Sequence record: OR770614.1
Length of the DNA: 64,000 nt
Strand: one strand, 5' to 3'
DNA from: Staphylococcus phage vB_StaM_PB50
Part shown: positions 30,954 through 38,920 of the stretch, piece after piece
How positions within the stretch are numbered: position 1 is the first letter of the stretch
Layout: each line of letters starts with the position of its first letter
Program-made: the position numbers and the translations under genes
Notes under the pieces: generated by a model
Database searches by the model: none
What the model was told of the DNA's origin: nothing
The model's input: only the letters and a program-made list of their open reading frames with translations

Positions 30954-31187
30954 CTATAATGTAGATAATACTTGATTTAATTTAGCTGGATCGTTTCCAA
31001 CTACAACGTCAGTACCGAAATCAATTACCGGTAAAGATTGATATCCTTTAGATAAAAGCTCTTCTTTAGCTTTTTCATCTTCATCAATATTAATTTCTGT
31101 ATATTCAATTCCTTGATTACCTAAAACCATTTTACTAAACATGCATTTACTACAATTATTCTTTGTATAAAATTTAATTTCTGGCAT
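30954..31187 (-). CDS. nrdH: NrdH glutaredoxin-like redoxin
   Basis: 77 aa with 'CSKC' (CxxC) active site near the N-terminus. Typical size and operon position. Confidence 0.75.
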   Translation of the reverse strand: MPEIKFYTKNNCSKCMFSKMVLGNQGIEYTEINIDEDEKAKEELLSKGYQSLPVIDFGTDVVVGNDPAKLNQVLSTL

Positions 31188-31225
31188 AACTAACTCTAAC
31201 CTCTTTCTATTTTAATTTTTATAAT

Positions 31226-31978
31226 TTATTTTTGGTATCTAATTAAGATACTATTTATTACTTTGATAAAATTTTCGTTCTGATCTAATTTATTGCCGAA
31301 TTTTCCAATATAATCAACATTTTCAGAAAGAGATTTTATATAATAAGGAGATTTTTCATAATTTTGCAACATGTATGAACCTAATGAACACATAAATTTA
31401 TACAATGAATTTGTTTCTTTGAAACTATCACTATCTAATGCATTTTTTAGATTTTCATAGATCTCTTCTAGATCAATATAATTGTATTCATTATTTTCAT
31501 TTCCATGAATTTTATTATGATTATAAATTTTCATATTTAATTTTTCATTTACTTTTTTAAGTTTATTTTCTTTAACAGGTAATTTACTAATAGTAATATT
31601 ATCTACCATATGTTTAGCTTCTTTACTATCTTTAATTTGTTCAATGATATTTTCAATTTGTTTAGTATCATTAATCTTTAAATCTTTTAAAGGTTTTAAT
31701 CTTTCAGGAATATCTTCATCTTTTTCAAAAGTTAAATCCCCATTAATGAAATCTAATTTCTCTTGATATCTTTGAACTTTAGAATCTACAGATAGTACAT
31801 CATTGATATCAATATTATCTTTACCATAATAAGTTGATAATTCTTTATTAATATCTTTCTTTTTTTCTTCGATTTCTTTTTCTAATTCTTCATTTTCTTT
31901 ATCAAATTCTTCCATCGCATTTTGTAAATCTTTTTCTAATTCTTCAACATATTTATTCTCTTCTACCATTTTTGACAA
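31226..31978 (-). CDS. hypothetical protein (coiled-coil rich)
   Basis: 250-aa ORF. No motif. Confidence 0.45.
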   Translation of the reverse strand: MSKMVEENKYVEELEKDLQNAMEEFDKENEELEKEIEEKKKDINKELSTYYGKDNIDINDVLSVDSKVQRYQEKLDFINGDLTFEKDEDIPERLKPLKDLKINDTKQIENIIEQIKDSKEAKHMVDNITISKLPVKENKLKKVNEKLNMKIYNHNKIHGNENNEYNYIDLEEIYENLKNALDSDSFKETNSLYKFMCSLGSYMLQNYEKSPYYIKSLSENVDYIGKFGNKLDQNENFIKVINSILIRYQK

Positions 31979-31984
31979 ATCTCC

Positions 31985-32785
31985 TTATTTATATTTATTA
32001 ATGAAATAGTACTGTATTTCTCTAAATAATACATTATTATCTTCAAATGTTTCTCTTAATACATTAATAAGATTATTATCAAATCTAACATCAGTAATTG
32101 ATTGTTCTACTAACATTTTATCAATTTGATAATTATTCAATTCAGATTCTTCATCTAAAATTATAGTTTCAATAATATCTTCATTATCTCCAATATAAAT
32201 TCCTTCAATAATATCTGGAATAGAATAAATCATAGCTGTGTATTCGTTATCAATAGTTTTCTTTAAATTGTTATACGATAATGAAGTATTAATATCATCA
32301 TTTAAATTATCTTCATAAGTTTTAGATAAATGCACAATATTTCTTTCAATATAATTAATAAATAGATTATTAATCATTTCTTTTTTATTTAATACAAAGA
32401 AATAGTATAATGATTTAATATACTGAGCTTTATCTTCAACTAAAATATCTTCTGAGAACTCAATAGATAATTGATAAGTATCTTGAATTGATTCTAATAT
32501 TTCATTTAAAATATCATTATAAACTTCTTTAGTTCTATTTAAAATATCATTATCTTCTTTATATCTTTCTAATACAAAATTAAATCGGATTTCAAAGTAT
32601 TCAAAGAAATTCTTATGATGTTGATCAGTATAAAATTGCTTTGTATTAGATTCATGAATTTGATCTTTAATATTATCCACCATAATATCTTCAGAAATAT
32701 TCATAATAATTTCATCGTATTCTTCTTTAACCATTTCTAAATCATCTTTGTCATCAATTAAGTATGTCTTAGTCAAAATTTTCAC
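31985..32785 (-). CDS. hypothetical protein
   Basis: 266-aa ORF. No motif. Confidence 0.45.
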   Translation of the reverse strand: MKILTKTYLIDDKDDLEMVKEEYDEIIMNISEDIMVDNIKDQIHESNTKQFYTDQHHKNFFEYFEIRFNFVLERYKEDNDILNRTKEVYNDILNEILESIQDTYQLSIEFSEDILVEDKAQYIKSLYYFFVLNKKEMINNLFINYIERNIVHLSKTYEDNLNDDINTSLSYNNLKKTIDNEYTAMIYSIPDIIEGIYIGDNEDIIETIILDEESELNNYQIDKMLVEQSITDVRFDNNLINVLRETFEDNNVLFREIQYYFINKYK

Positions 32786-32914
32786 TTCCCATTTATCTTT
32801 TTATTTTTATATAATATATTATTCTGACGAATAACTAAAATTTTCTTTTATCTTTTCTAAAATCAACTCTACTATACAACTTAGTTAATAACATTTTATA
32901 AAAATTTCCAATAA

Positions 32915-32952
32915 AATAGAGTAATGACGAAGTTAATCATCATTACTCTTAT
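32915..32952 (-). terminator. rho-independent terminator after the terminase gene
   Basis: Hairpin 'agagtaatga...tcattactct' followed on the minus strand by 'tattttatt'. Confidence 0.5.
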
Positions 32953-32957
32953 ATATT

Positions 32958-34269
32958 TTATTTGAATAAATCCATAATACGTTTATTATTGTTATCTATT
33001 GGTTTTTGTTGTTGACCAAATATAGAATTACTCATATCATTTCCTTCAATAACACTATTGATACGTTTAATTGAAGCAATATCTTTTCTTCTAGCTTCCT
33101 GTTCTTTTTTCATTCCTTCTGCATTTTCACTGTTAGGTGAGAGTTTAGAACCATATTTAACTTTTACAAATTTATTAATATCCTTTTCATAATAATATGC
33201 ATATAAACAGAATAAATAAGACATCATTAAGTCGTCATGGCCACCTGGTGGATGGTCAATACGTCCTTTAATCATTTGTAACGATTTAATTTCTTGGAAA
33301 AGTGGTTTATTATTAATTAAATGTGGTTTTTCTTCAACAAGCATAGATAATATTTCATTTAACATTATATCACGAGATTTTTTAGTTGTATCAATACCAT
33401 ATCTACGAGTTTCTTTTTTAACTTTTTCAGTTTTACTATATCTAGACATTTCATTAAATAAACTTTTATTTTCTACTTGCTTTTCAGCTACACGAGTTTT
33501 AAGCGTATAGAATAAATTAGATTCTAAACCATCATAAGTTATCATATGATCAATTACTGTTAAACCTGCATAGTTACGTTCAGGTATTAATATAGCGTTA
33601 GGTATATAGAAACCAACCAATTCTTTAATTAATTTTCTGAATGTAGGTCCATTAATTACATTATTTTTAAAAGTCATTACTGGTTCCAAAGTAGCTGGAT
33701 CCACTACAGTAAACGCTGTATTATCTCGTCCTAAACCACCAGACATATCAATACCAATAAGCCAATTTTTCTCTGTAATATTATCCATATATTTAATCAT
33801 ATTTACATAATAAGTTCTACCATCAATATTAAATTCAAGAGTATTATATATTTCTTTATTAGCATACATAGATATTTCAGTCATTTGTTCTTCAGAGAAT
33901 AATGAATCATCAGAACTATAAGCCCATTCCAATAATATCTCACGTTTAACTGCTTCTAAAGAACCAATTTGTCTTTTTTGTTTTTCTAACCAATCTTCAT
34001 CTTTACCTAATTCTTTATATGAATATTCTATATACATGAATTCATTATTTGAATTATCTTCCATGTATTTTTCTAATTTAGAATTTCCTTCTTCTTCACT
34101 ATCAATAAAATAATCATATATTTTTTCATTCCATTGAGCTGCTTCATTCATTTGTTGAAAGAAAAATTGCCCTTGAGATGTGTCGAGAGTTGAAGGGGTT
34201 GTGGTGATAAGGAGTCCATAGGGAGAACCGTTTTCTTTTGCAATTCTAGAAGCTGTACTTATTGCTGGT
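32958..34269 (-). CDS. terminase large subunit, exon 4 (ATPase motif III plus nuclease domain)
   Basis: In-frame extension upstream of the listed Met reads 'PAISTASRIAKENGSPYGLLITTTPS...' (TTTP coupling motif, compare T4 gp17 '[11 protein letters not shown]'). Nuclease 'WLIGIDMSGGLGRDNTAFTVVDP' and C-terminal 'HDDLMMSYLFCLYA'. An in-frame stop immediately upstream means the exon must be spliced. Confidence 0.8.
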
Positions 34270-34443
34270 CATTTATGTTAGCTGCATGGATTATCATGCA
34301 GATCAGACTATATCATAATCTTTTTAAGATTTAATAAATTTAGTCGTTGAACATTATTTAATGATGCTGATTGGTTTTTAAACTTTTCAGCAGTTAATAT
34401 TATTCATCATCTATATTTCTATAAAGATGGAGCCTTTTTACTC
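34270..34443 (-). mobile_element. mini group I intron (ORF-less, ~174 nt) in terminase gene
   Basis: Minus-strand P 'aactgctgaaaag', Q 'aatcagcatc', R 'gttcaacgactaaa', P8 'aatctt aaaa agatt', S 'atgatatagtctgatc', P9 hairpin 'tgcatgataatccatgca', then 'gctaacataaatg|'. The 5' exon ends in U ('gaagcaat|gagtaaaaagg'). Confidence 0.7.
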
Positions 34444-34506
34444 ATTGCTTCAAACATTACTTGATTATGTGGTATAAACGCCCACTCATCAAGCCAAACC
34501 ATAGGT
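34444..34506 (-). CDS. terminase large subunit, exon 3 (Walker B)
   Basis: Translates (with 1 nt from the previous exon) to 'PMVWLDEWAFIPHNQVMFEAI', matching T4 gp17 '[20 protein letters not shown]'. Bounded by in-frame stops in flanking intron sequence. Confidence 0.7.
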
Positions 34507-35724
34507 CATTTACGTTAAACTGCATGGATTATCATGCAGATCAGACTATATCATAATTTTAATAATTTTTTCATAGGGATAATTAATTCTTCATTTATTC
34601 TATTCTGATAAGGGAGACGTATCATATTTATTCCTTTACTTCTTATAAATTTATCTTTTTCATTATCTAATTTTTTTATATCTTCAAGAGTTCTTGTGCG
34701 TTTATTTCTTTTATCATTAATAAAAGTTCCATAACCTTTTATATGTCCTTTTCCATCTACTTCAACTACAGTATTTATTTTTTTAAAATAAAAATCAAAT
34801 CTAAAACTAGATCCTTCAAAAGTAACTTCATTCTCATATTCTATATTATTCTCTTGAAGAAATTCAATAATGGCAATTTCTCCTATACTTTTAGAGCATA
34901 CACTACATCTTTTTCTTTTAAGTATATCATCTGGTCTTGTTTTAAATTTGTGTCCACAATCATTACTCTTCAAATAGATATAATCTTTGCTTCTAGTATA
35001 TTCAGTTAACACATTAAATTTATTATATCCAAATATCATATCTAATTCACCTTGAAACTCTTCTGTTGTCTTTTTAGATAATTCTTGACTATCTAATATG
35101 ATATAATTTTCATCATTTATACATCTATTACAGTTTACTGAATTATACTTCTTTCTTTTATCCATTAGAGTAGAAGGCTTTGCAAAATATCTTATATTTC
35201 CACATTTTCCACAACGGAATCTACACTTTTTATTCATTCCATTGAATCCTTCAATATAAGTATAATTAAATCCGAACTTATCTTTTAATTCTATTAAAAA
35301 AGTTTCTTTACCTTTAGAATTCTTGGGTTTTTCTGAATATCTACAATCTTTTCTATTACAGAATTTTCTCTTTAATCTTAATTTTTCAGTAGGTAAGAAA
35401 AAATCTCTATCACATATATTACAATGACATTTAATTGGTTCTTTAGAATTTTTATACTCTCCCAGTATTTCAAATTTATCTCCATTAATATCTTTTATTT
35501 CTTTAAAAGTTTTATTTCTCTGTTCTATGAATTTTTCTTTACTTTTAACACCTTTAGGCATTTTATCCCTCCGTTATCGTACTGATAAAAGAATGTTAAC
35601 AGTAAAAATTATTAAAATTGATTTTATTTAGTCGTTGAACACTAATTAAAGTGATGCTGATTAACTTCATTATTAGTCTTCCAGCAATTAAAAATCTTTA
35701 TGCACTGCATCTACATACGGTGCT
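34507..35724 (-). mobile_element. group I intron carrying a Zn-finger/PD-(D/E)XK endonuclease ORF in terminase gene
   Basis: Minus-strand P 'aattgctgg', Q 'aatcagcatc', R 'gttcaacgactaaa' (~35625-35640), S 'tgatatagtctgatc' (~34535-34550), P9 'tgcatgataatccatgca', end '...gtttaacgtaaatg|'. ORF 34551-35561 lies between R and S. Confidence 0.7.
34551..35561 (-). CDS. intron-encoded putative homing endonuclease: N-terminal CxxC zinc fingers plus C-terminal PD-(D/E)XK (DUF559/Vsr-like) nuclease
   Basis: 'VVEVDGKGHIKGYG...DKRNKRTRTLEDIKKLDNEKDKFIRSKGINMIRLPY' fits the DUF559 pattern (xEVDGxxH ... R..D..K...L...G..vlR). Several 'CHCNIC', 'CNRKDC', 'CRFRCGKCG', 'CNRC' motifs. Confidence 0.55.
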   Translation of the reverse strand: MPKGVKSKEKFIEQRNKTFKEIKDINGDKFEILGEYKNSKEPIKCHCNICDRDFFLPTEKLRLKRKFCNRKDCRYSEKPKNSKGKETFLIELKDKFGFNYTYIEGFNGMNKKCRFRCGKCGNIRYFAKPSTLMDKRKKYNSVNCNRCINDENYIILDSQELSKKTTEEFQGELDMIFGYNKFNVLTEYTRSKDYIYLKSNDCGHKFKTRPDDILKRKRCSVCSKSIGEIAIIEFLQENNIEYENEVTFEGSSFRFDFYFKKINTVVEVDGKGHIKGYGTFINDKRNKRTRTLEDIKKLDNEKDKFIRSKGINMIRLPYQNRINEELIIPMKKLLKL

Positions 35725-35744
35725 ACCTCTTCCTGCTTTGTTTG
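35725..35744 (-). CDS. terminase large subunit, exon 2 (micro-exon ~20 nt)
   Basis: Sequence between the 3' end of intron 1 ('...atacaatgtattacgg|') and the 5' end of intron 2 ('gaggt|agcaccg'). A 20-nt length keeps exon 1 (phase 0) and exon 3 in frame. Encodes ~'QTKQEEV' (or 'ANKAGRG' if shifted by 1 nt), filling the 7-residue gap seen in the T4 gp17 alignment. Confidence 0.45.
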
Positions 35745-35904
35745 CCGTAATACATTGTATGATATTCATACACACTAGACTATATCTTATAATATTAATT
35801 ATCTCTATATTTAGTCGTTGAACAATCAATTTGATTGATGCTGATTGGTTTAGTATCTTTTTCAGCAGTTAATAGAGTTTAATGAGAGCACGTATTTTAC
35901 TCTC
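35745..35904 (-). mobile_element. mini group I intron (ORF-less, ~160 nt) in terminase gene
   Basis: Minus-strand 5' end '|gagagtaaaatacgtgctc', P 'aactgctgaaaaag', Q 'aatcagcatc', R 'gttcaacgactaaa', S 'aagatatagtctag', P9 'tgtatgaatatcataca'. The 5' exon ends in U ('acaaatgct|'). Confidence 0.65.
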
Positions 35905-36531
35905 AGCATTTGTTGGAGGTGATACTGTTTTTATTGTGTTGTTATTACTTGCTAAAGAAAATTCATTAATTTTGTCTCTATCATTTTTATCACCAAAGTT
36001 AGCTAATACATAATCCGGTAAACATTTCTCTTTGAATAGATTTTTTAATCGTTTAAGGTTTTCAGTAGTGTCCGAGTACGATTTATGTGTAAATAACATT
36101 GTATAGTTATTACCTACCAATAACATAATCCATGAATAATAACATACTGCAGAATATGTTTTATAGTGCTGACGAGGTAACATTATTGCAGTATCTAAAT
36201 TATGCAACATACAAAAAGTCATAGCTAAATTACCTCTATGAAGTTCATACATTACTTTTCCACCCGGAACCGGAACTCTGATAACTTCTCTTAAATAAAA
36301 CCATATATTAAGTTTAGCTTCCCTAATAACACGTGTTTTCATTTCATTATCTAGATCTTCATCCCAAGGATCAACACCAATTAATTTCTTATCATATAGA
36401 GTTAATGGCAATCCATAATTTTGTATATTATTATCTTTAAGTTCTTTAGCAACTTTTAAAAAGCTTACATTATTAGTTTTATAATCGTAATAAATTTTTT
36501 TCTTTAATTTTGTTATAGCCATAGTCTTCAT
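35905..36531 (-). CDS. terminase large subunit, exon 1 (Walker A ATPase)
   Basis: 'AIMLPRQHYKTYSAVCYYSWIML' is a Walker A of the T4 gp17 type ('SRQLGKTT'). The ORF continues 12 codons ('LIKLY*') into the intron. Confidence 0.8.
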
Positions 36532-36545
36532 TCACTTCTTTCTTA

Positions 36546-37715
36546 CTATCTTGTCTTAGTATTAAGCCTATTAGAATATTTTATTATTCTTTGAATTTCA
36601 TCTAATTGTTTCTTGAGTTCTTTTTTAACTTCATTAGAATTATTATTGTTACTAATTTCAAATTTTAATGTCTTAATAACTGCATCAATTGAATCTGTTG
36701 GATAATCTTTATAACTTTTAATAAAACCACTCATAGGATATAAAAGTCCTCTCATAGCTTTAGCTATTAAGTTATTAGGTCTTTTTTCAGATTTCATTCT
36801 AAATGCTTTATACACTAAATCATAAAATTTAACCATTTCTACAGAATATCCATAAAGAGCAGGTAATTGGTTGGCAGATCTTTCTGAAAGATTATAATCC
36901 ATAGTAGTTTTTCTATTGAAACTTGCACTTGTTAGTAACATTCCTGTTCCCATAAATGAACCCATTGATATGCTAGCACCTATAAATACAGCAGTTAAAC
37001 ACATTACTAATGTTGACATTGCAAGAATCATAGGAGCCGCTAATACTCTATTTCTTCTAGTGTCAGCTTCTATTTCTTTAGTGTACTTAAACTGTACTGG
37101 TTTATTATCTTTATATTTGAGTTCGAATGTAGGAGTTTTACCACCAGAGAGTACATTAATTTCTACAGGGAAAAATAAATTATGACCTATTTCATGTAAT
37201 AATAAAAAAGTATACATTCTACCATTAAGAGTAGTAAATTCTTTTTGACCTGATTCTTTCTTTTCTATAAAATATCTCAATGAAGATAATTCAATATTCA
37301 CTTCAATTTCTCTAGGTTTAGAATAGTAAATACCATTCTTTTCTTCAATAACAATTTTAGTGATTCCATCTGTAATATTTCTAATTTCTTCAGGTTTAAT
37401 TAATGTGTGTGCTACTGAACCTACCCTAAATTTATCTCTTCCACGCTTATCCGCTTCAATAAATTTTAATTTCATATTAGTGTTAAATAATTTCTTAGCA
37501 ATATCTGATATTCTTTTTGCAATATCATTGTATTCATTCTTATTAATTACATCAAAATCAGATTTTTCAAAATTATACTTACTAATTAATGAATCAAATT
37601 CATCATCTATCTCTCTTAGTAATGAAGTATTTTTACCAAAGTTAAATGCATCTTCATTGATGTTCATTATTTTATTTATTTTATTTAATTGTATTTCTTC
37701 TTTTAAAGATACCAT
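36546..37715 (-). CDS. putative membrane-anchored zinc metallopeptidase (HExxH), paralogue 1
   Basis: 389 aa. 'FLLLHEIGHNLFFP' HExxH motif, followed by hydrophobic helices 'VLAAPMILAMSTLVMCLTAVFIGASISMGSFMGTGMLL'. Clear paralogue of the adjacent gene. Confidence 0.5.
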   Translation of the reverse strand: MVSLKEEIQLNKINKIMNINEDAFNFGKNTSLLREIDDEFDSLISKYNFEKSDFDVINKNEYNDIAKRISDIAKKLFNTNMKLKFIEADKRGRDKFRVGSVAHTLIKPEEIRNITDGITKIVIEEKNGIYYSKPREIEVNIELSSLRYFIEKKESGQKEFTTLNGRMYTFLLLHEIGHNLFFPVEINVLSGGKTPTFELKYKDNKPVQFKYTKEIEADTRRNRVLAAPMILAMSTLVMCLTAVFIGASISMGSFMGTGMLLTSASFNRKTTMDYNLSERSANQLPALYGYSVEMVKFYDLVYKAFRMKSEKRPNNLIAKAMRGLLYPMSGFIKSYKDYPTDSIDAVIKTLKFEISNNNNSNEVKKELKKQLDEIQRIIKYSNRLNTKTR

Positions 37716-37730
37716 ATAATTTTCCTTTCT

Positions 37731-38846
37731 TTATATATCAGGATTGAAATTATCGGACAATTTCACTAATAATTTTATGTCATTTATAGTTTTTTTAATT
37801 TCTTTTTTGGTTTCGTTATCATTATTGTTATTACTTAATTCTTTTTCTAATATTCTTATATCACTTTCAACTATATCAGTTTCCCAATCTTTATAATCTC
37901 TTATAAAAAGCTTAATAGGATATAATATTTTATTTTTAATAGCATTAAACTTATTGTTCTTATAAGTAGGAGGTTTAAAACCATGAATTTTATCTATTTC
38001 TCTTACAATTATGGTTGTTTTAACTAATTCTCTAGAATATCCATAGAGTGTAGGTAAATAATCTGCAGTTCTCTCAACTAAATTATAATCTTTCTTGTCT
38101 TTATTATTTTTTACACTTCTATTTAAAAAGACAGAAGAAACTAATCCGGTTCCAATACCTATTGGAGCATTTACAATACTTAAAGATAAAAAGAAAATTG
38201 TCATCGCAGATACCATAGGAATTGCATACTTTTTATTTCTTCTTTCATCATCCTCAATATCTTTAGAATAAGAAAATATTTGAGGTGGGTTATTTTTATA
38301 TTTTAATTCAAATTTAGGAGTTTCTCCTTTATTTAATACATTCAATTCTAAAGGTAAGATTAAATTATGACCTATTTCATGTAATAAGACAGATGTTAAT
38401 AAACTACCATCAAATAAATTTTCAATTTTATTATTACTTTTTCTCAATAAAATACAGTATCTTATAAAATTCAATTCCATTTCAACTTTTATTTCAGTAG
38501 GTTTAGCATAATATATTCCATTTTTTTCTTCTGAAACTATTTTCAATAGACCTAAAGCTATATCTTTAGCTTGCTTTTCATTCCATTTAGTTTGTCCTAT
38601 AAAATTAGATGAATAAAACATTACATCATCTAAATCTAAGAAACTAAATTTTAATTTAGTGTTAAATAACTTATTACATAAATTCTCAATTTCTTTTTCT
38701 TTTTTGGTAAAATTAAAATTGACAAATTCTTCTTTATCTAAATCATATGAATCTATTAATTCATTAAATATTTTGTCAACATCTTTTAATGTATTTTTGT
38801 TTCTGCTATTTATAAACATGTCTTCTTTTAATAATATTTTAGTCAC
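37731..38846 (-). CDS. putative membrane-anchored zinc metallopeptidase (HExxH), paralogue 2
   Basis: 371 aa. 'SVLLHEIGHNLILP', then 'YAIPMVSAMTIFFLSLSIVNAPIGIGTGLV'. Shares 'NGIYY(A/S)KP.EI.V..EL' and 'KGETPKFELKYK' blocks with paralogue 1. Confidence 0.5.
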   Translation of the reverse strand: MTKILLKEDMFINSRNKNTLKDVDKIFNELIDSYDLDKEEFVNFNFTKKEKEIENLCNKLFNTKLKFSFLDLDDVMFYSSNFIGQTKWNEKQAKDIALGLLKIVSEEKNGIYYAKPTEIKVEMELNFIRYCILLRKSNNKIENLFDGSLLTSVLLHEIGHNLILPLELNVLNKGETPKFELKYKNNPPQIFSYSKDIEDDERRNKKYAIPMVSAMTIFFLSLSIVNAPIGIGTGLVSSVFLNRSVKNNKDKKDYNLVERTADYLPTLYGYSRELVKTTIIVREIDKIHGFKPPTYKNNKFNAIKNKILYPIKLFIRDYKDWETDIVESDIRILEKELSNNNNDNETKKEIKKTINDIKLLVKLSDNFNPDI

Positions 38847-38852
38847 CTACTT

Positions 38853-38893
38853 TTTATAAAATAAACCCATACACCTCAGAGAGATGTATGGGT
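38853..38893 (-). terminator. rho-independent terminator after the major capsid gene
   Basis: Hairpin 'cccatacacctcagagagatgtatggg' followed on the minus strand by 'tttatttt'. Confidence 0.6.
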
Positions 38894-38920
38894 ATATAAA
38901 TAACAAAAGTAAAGTTACTC

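Noticed and set aside
35725-35744. Alternative explanation that introns 1 and 2 of the terminase form a single twintron or nested intron without a micro-exon.
   Set aside because: The T4 gp17 alignment requires ~7 residues between the Walker A-side exon and the 'VWLDE' exon, and a 20-nt exon restores the frame exactly. A nested arrangement cannot be excluded without RNA data, so it stays as a caveat.
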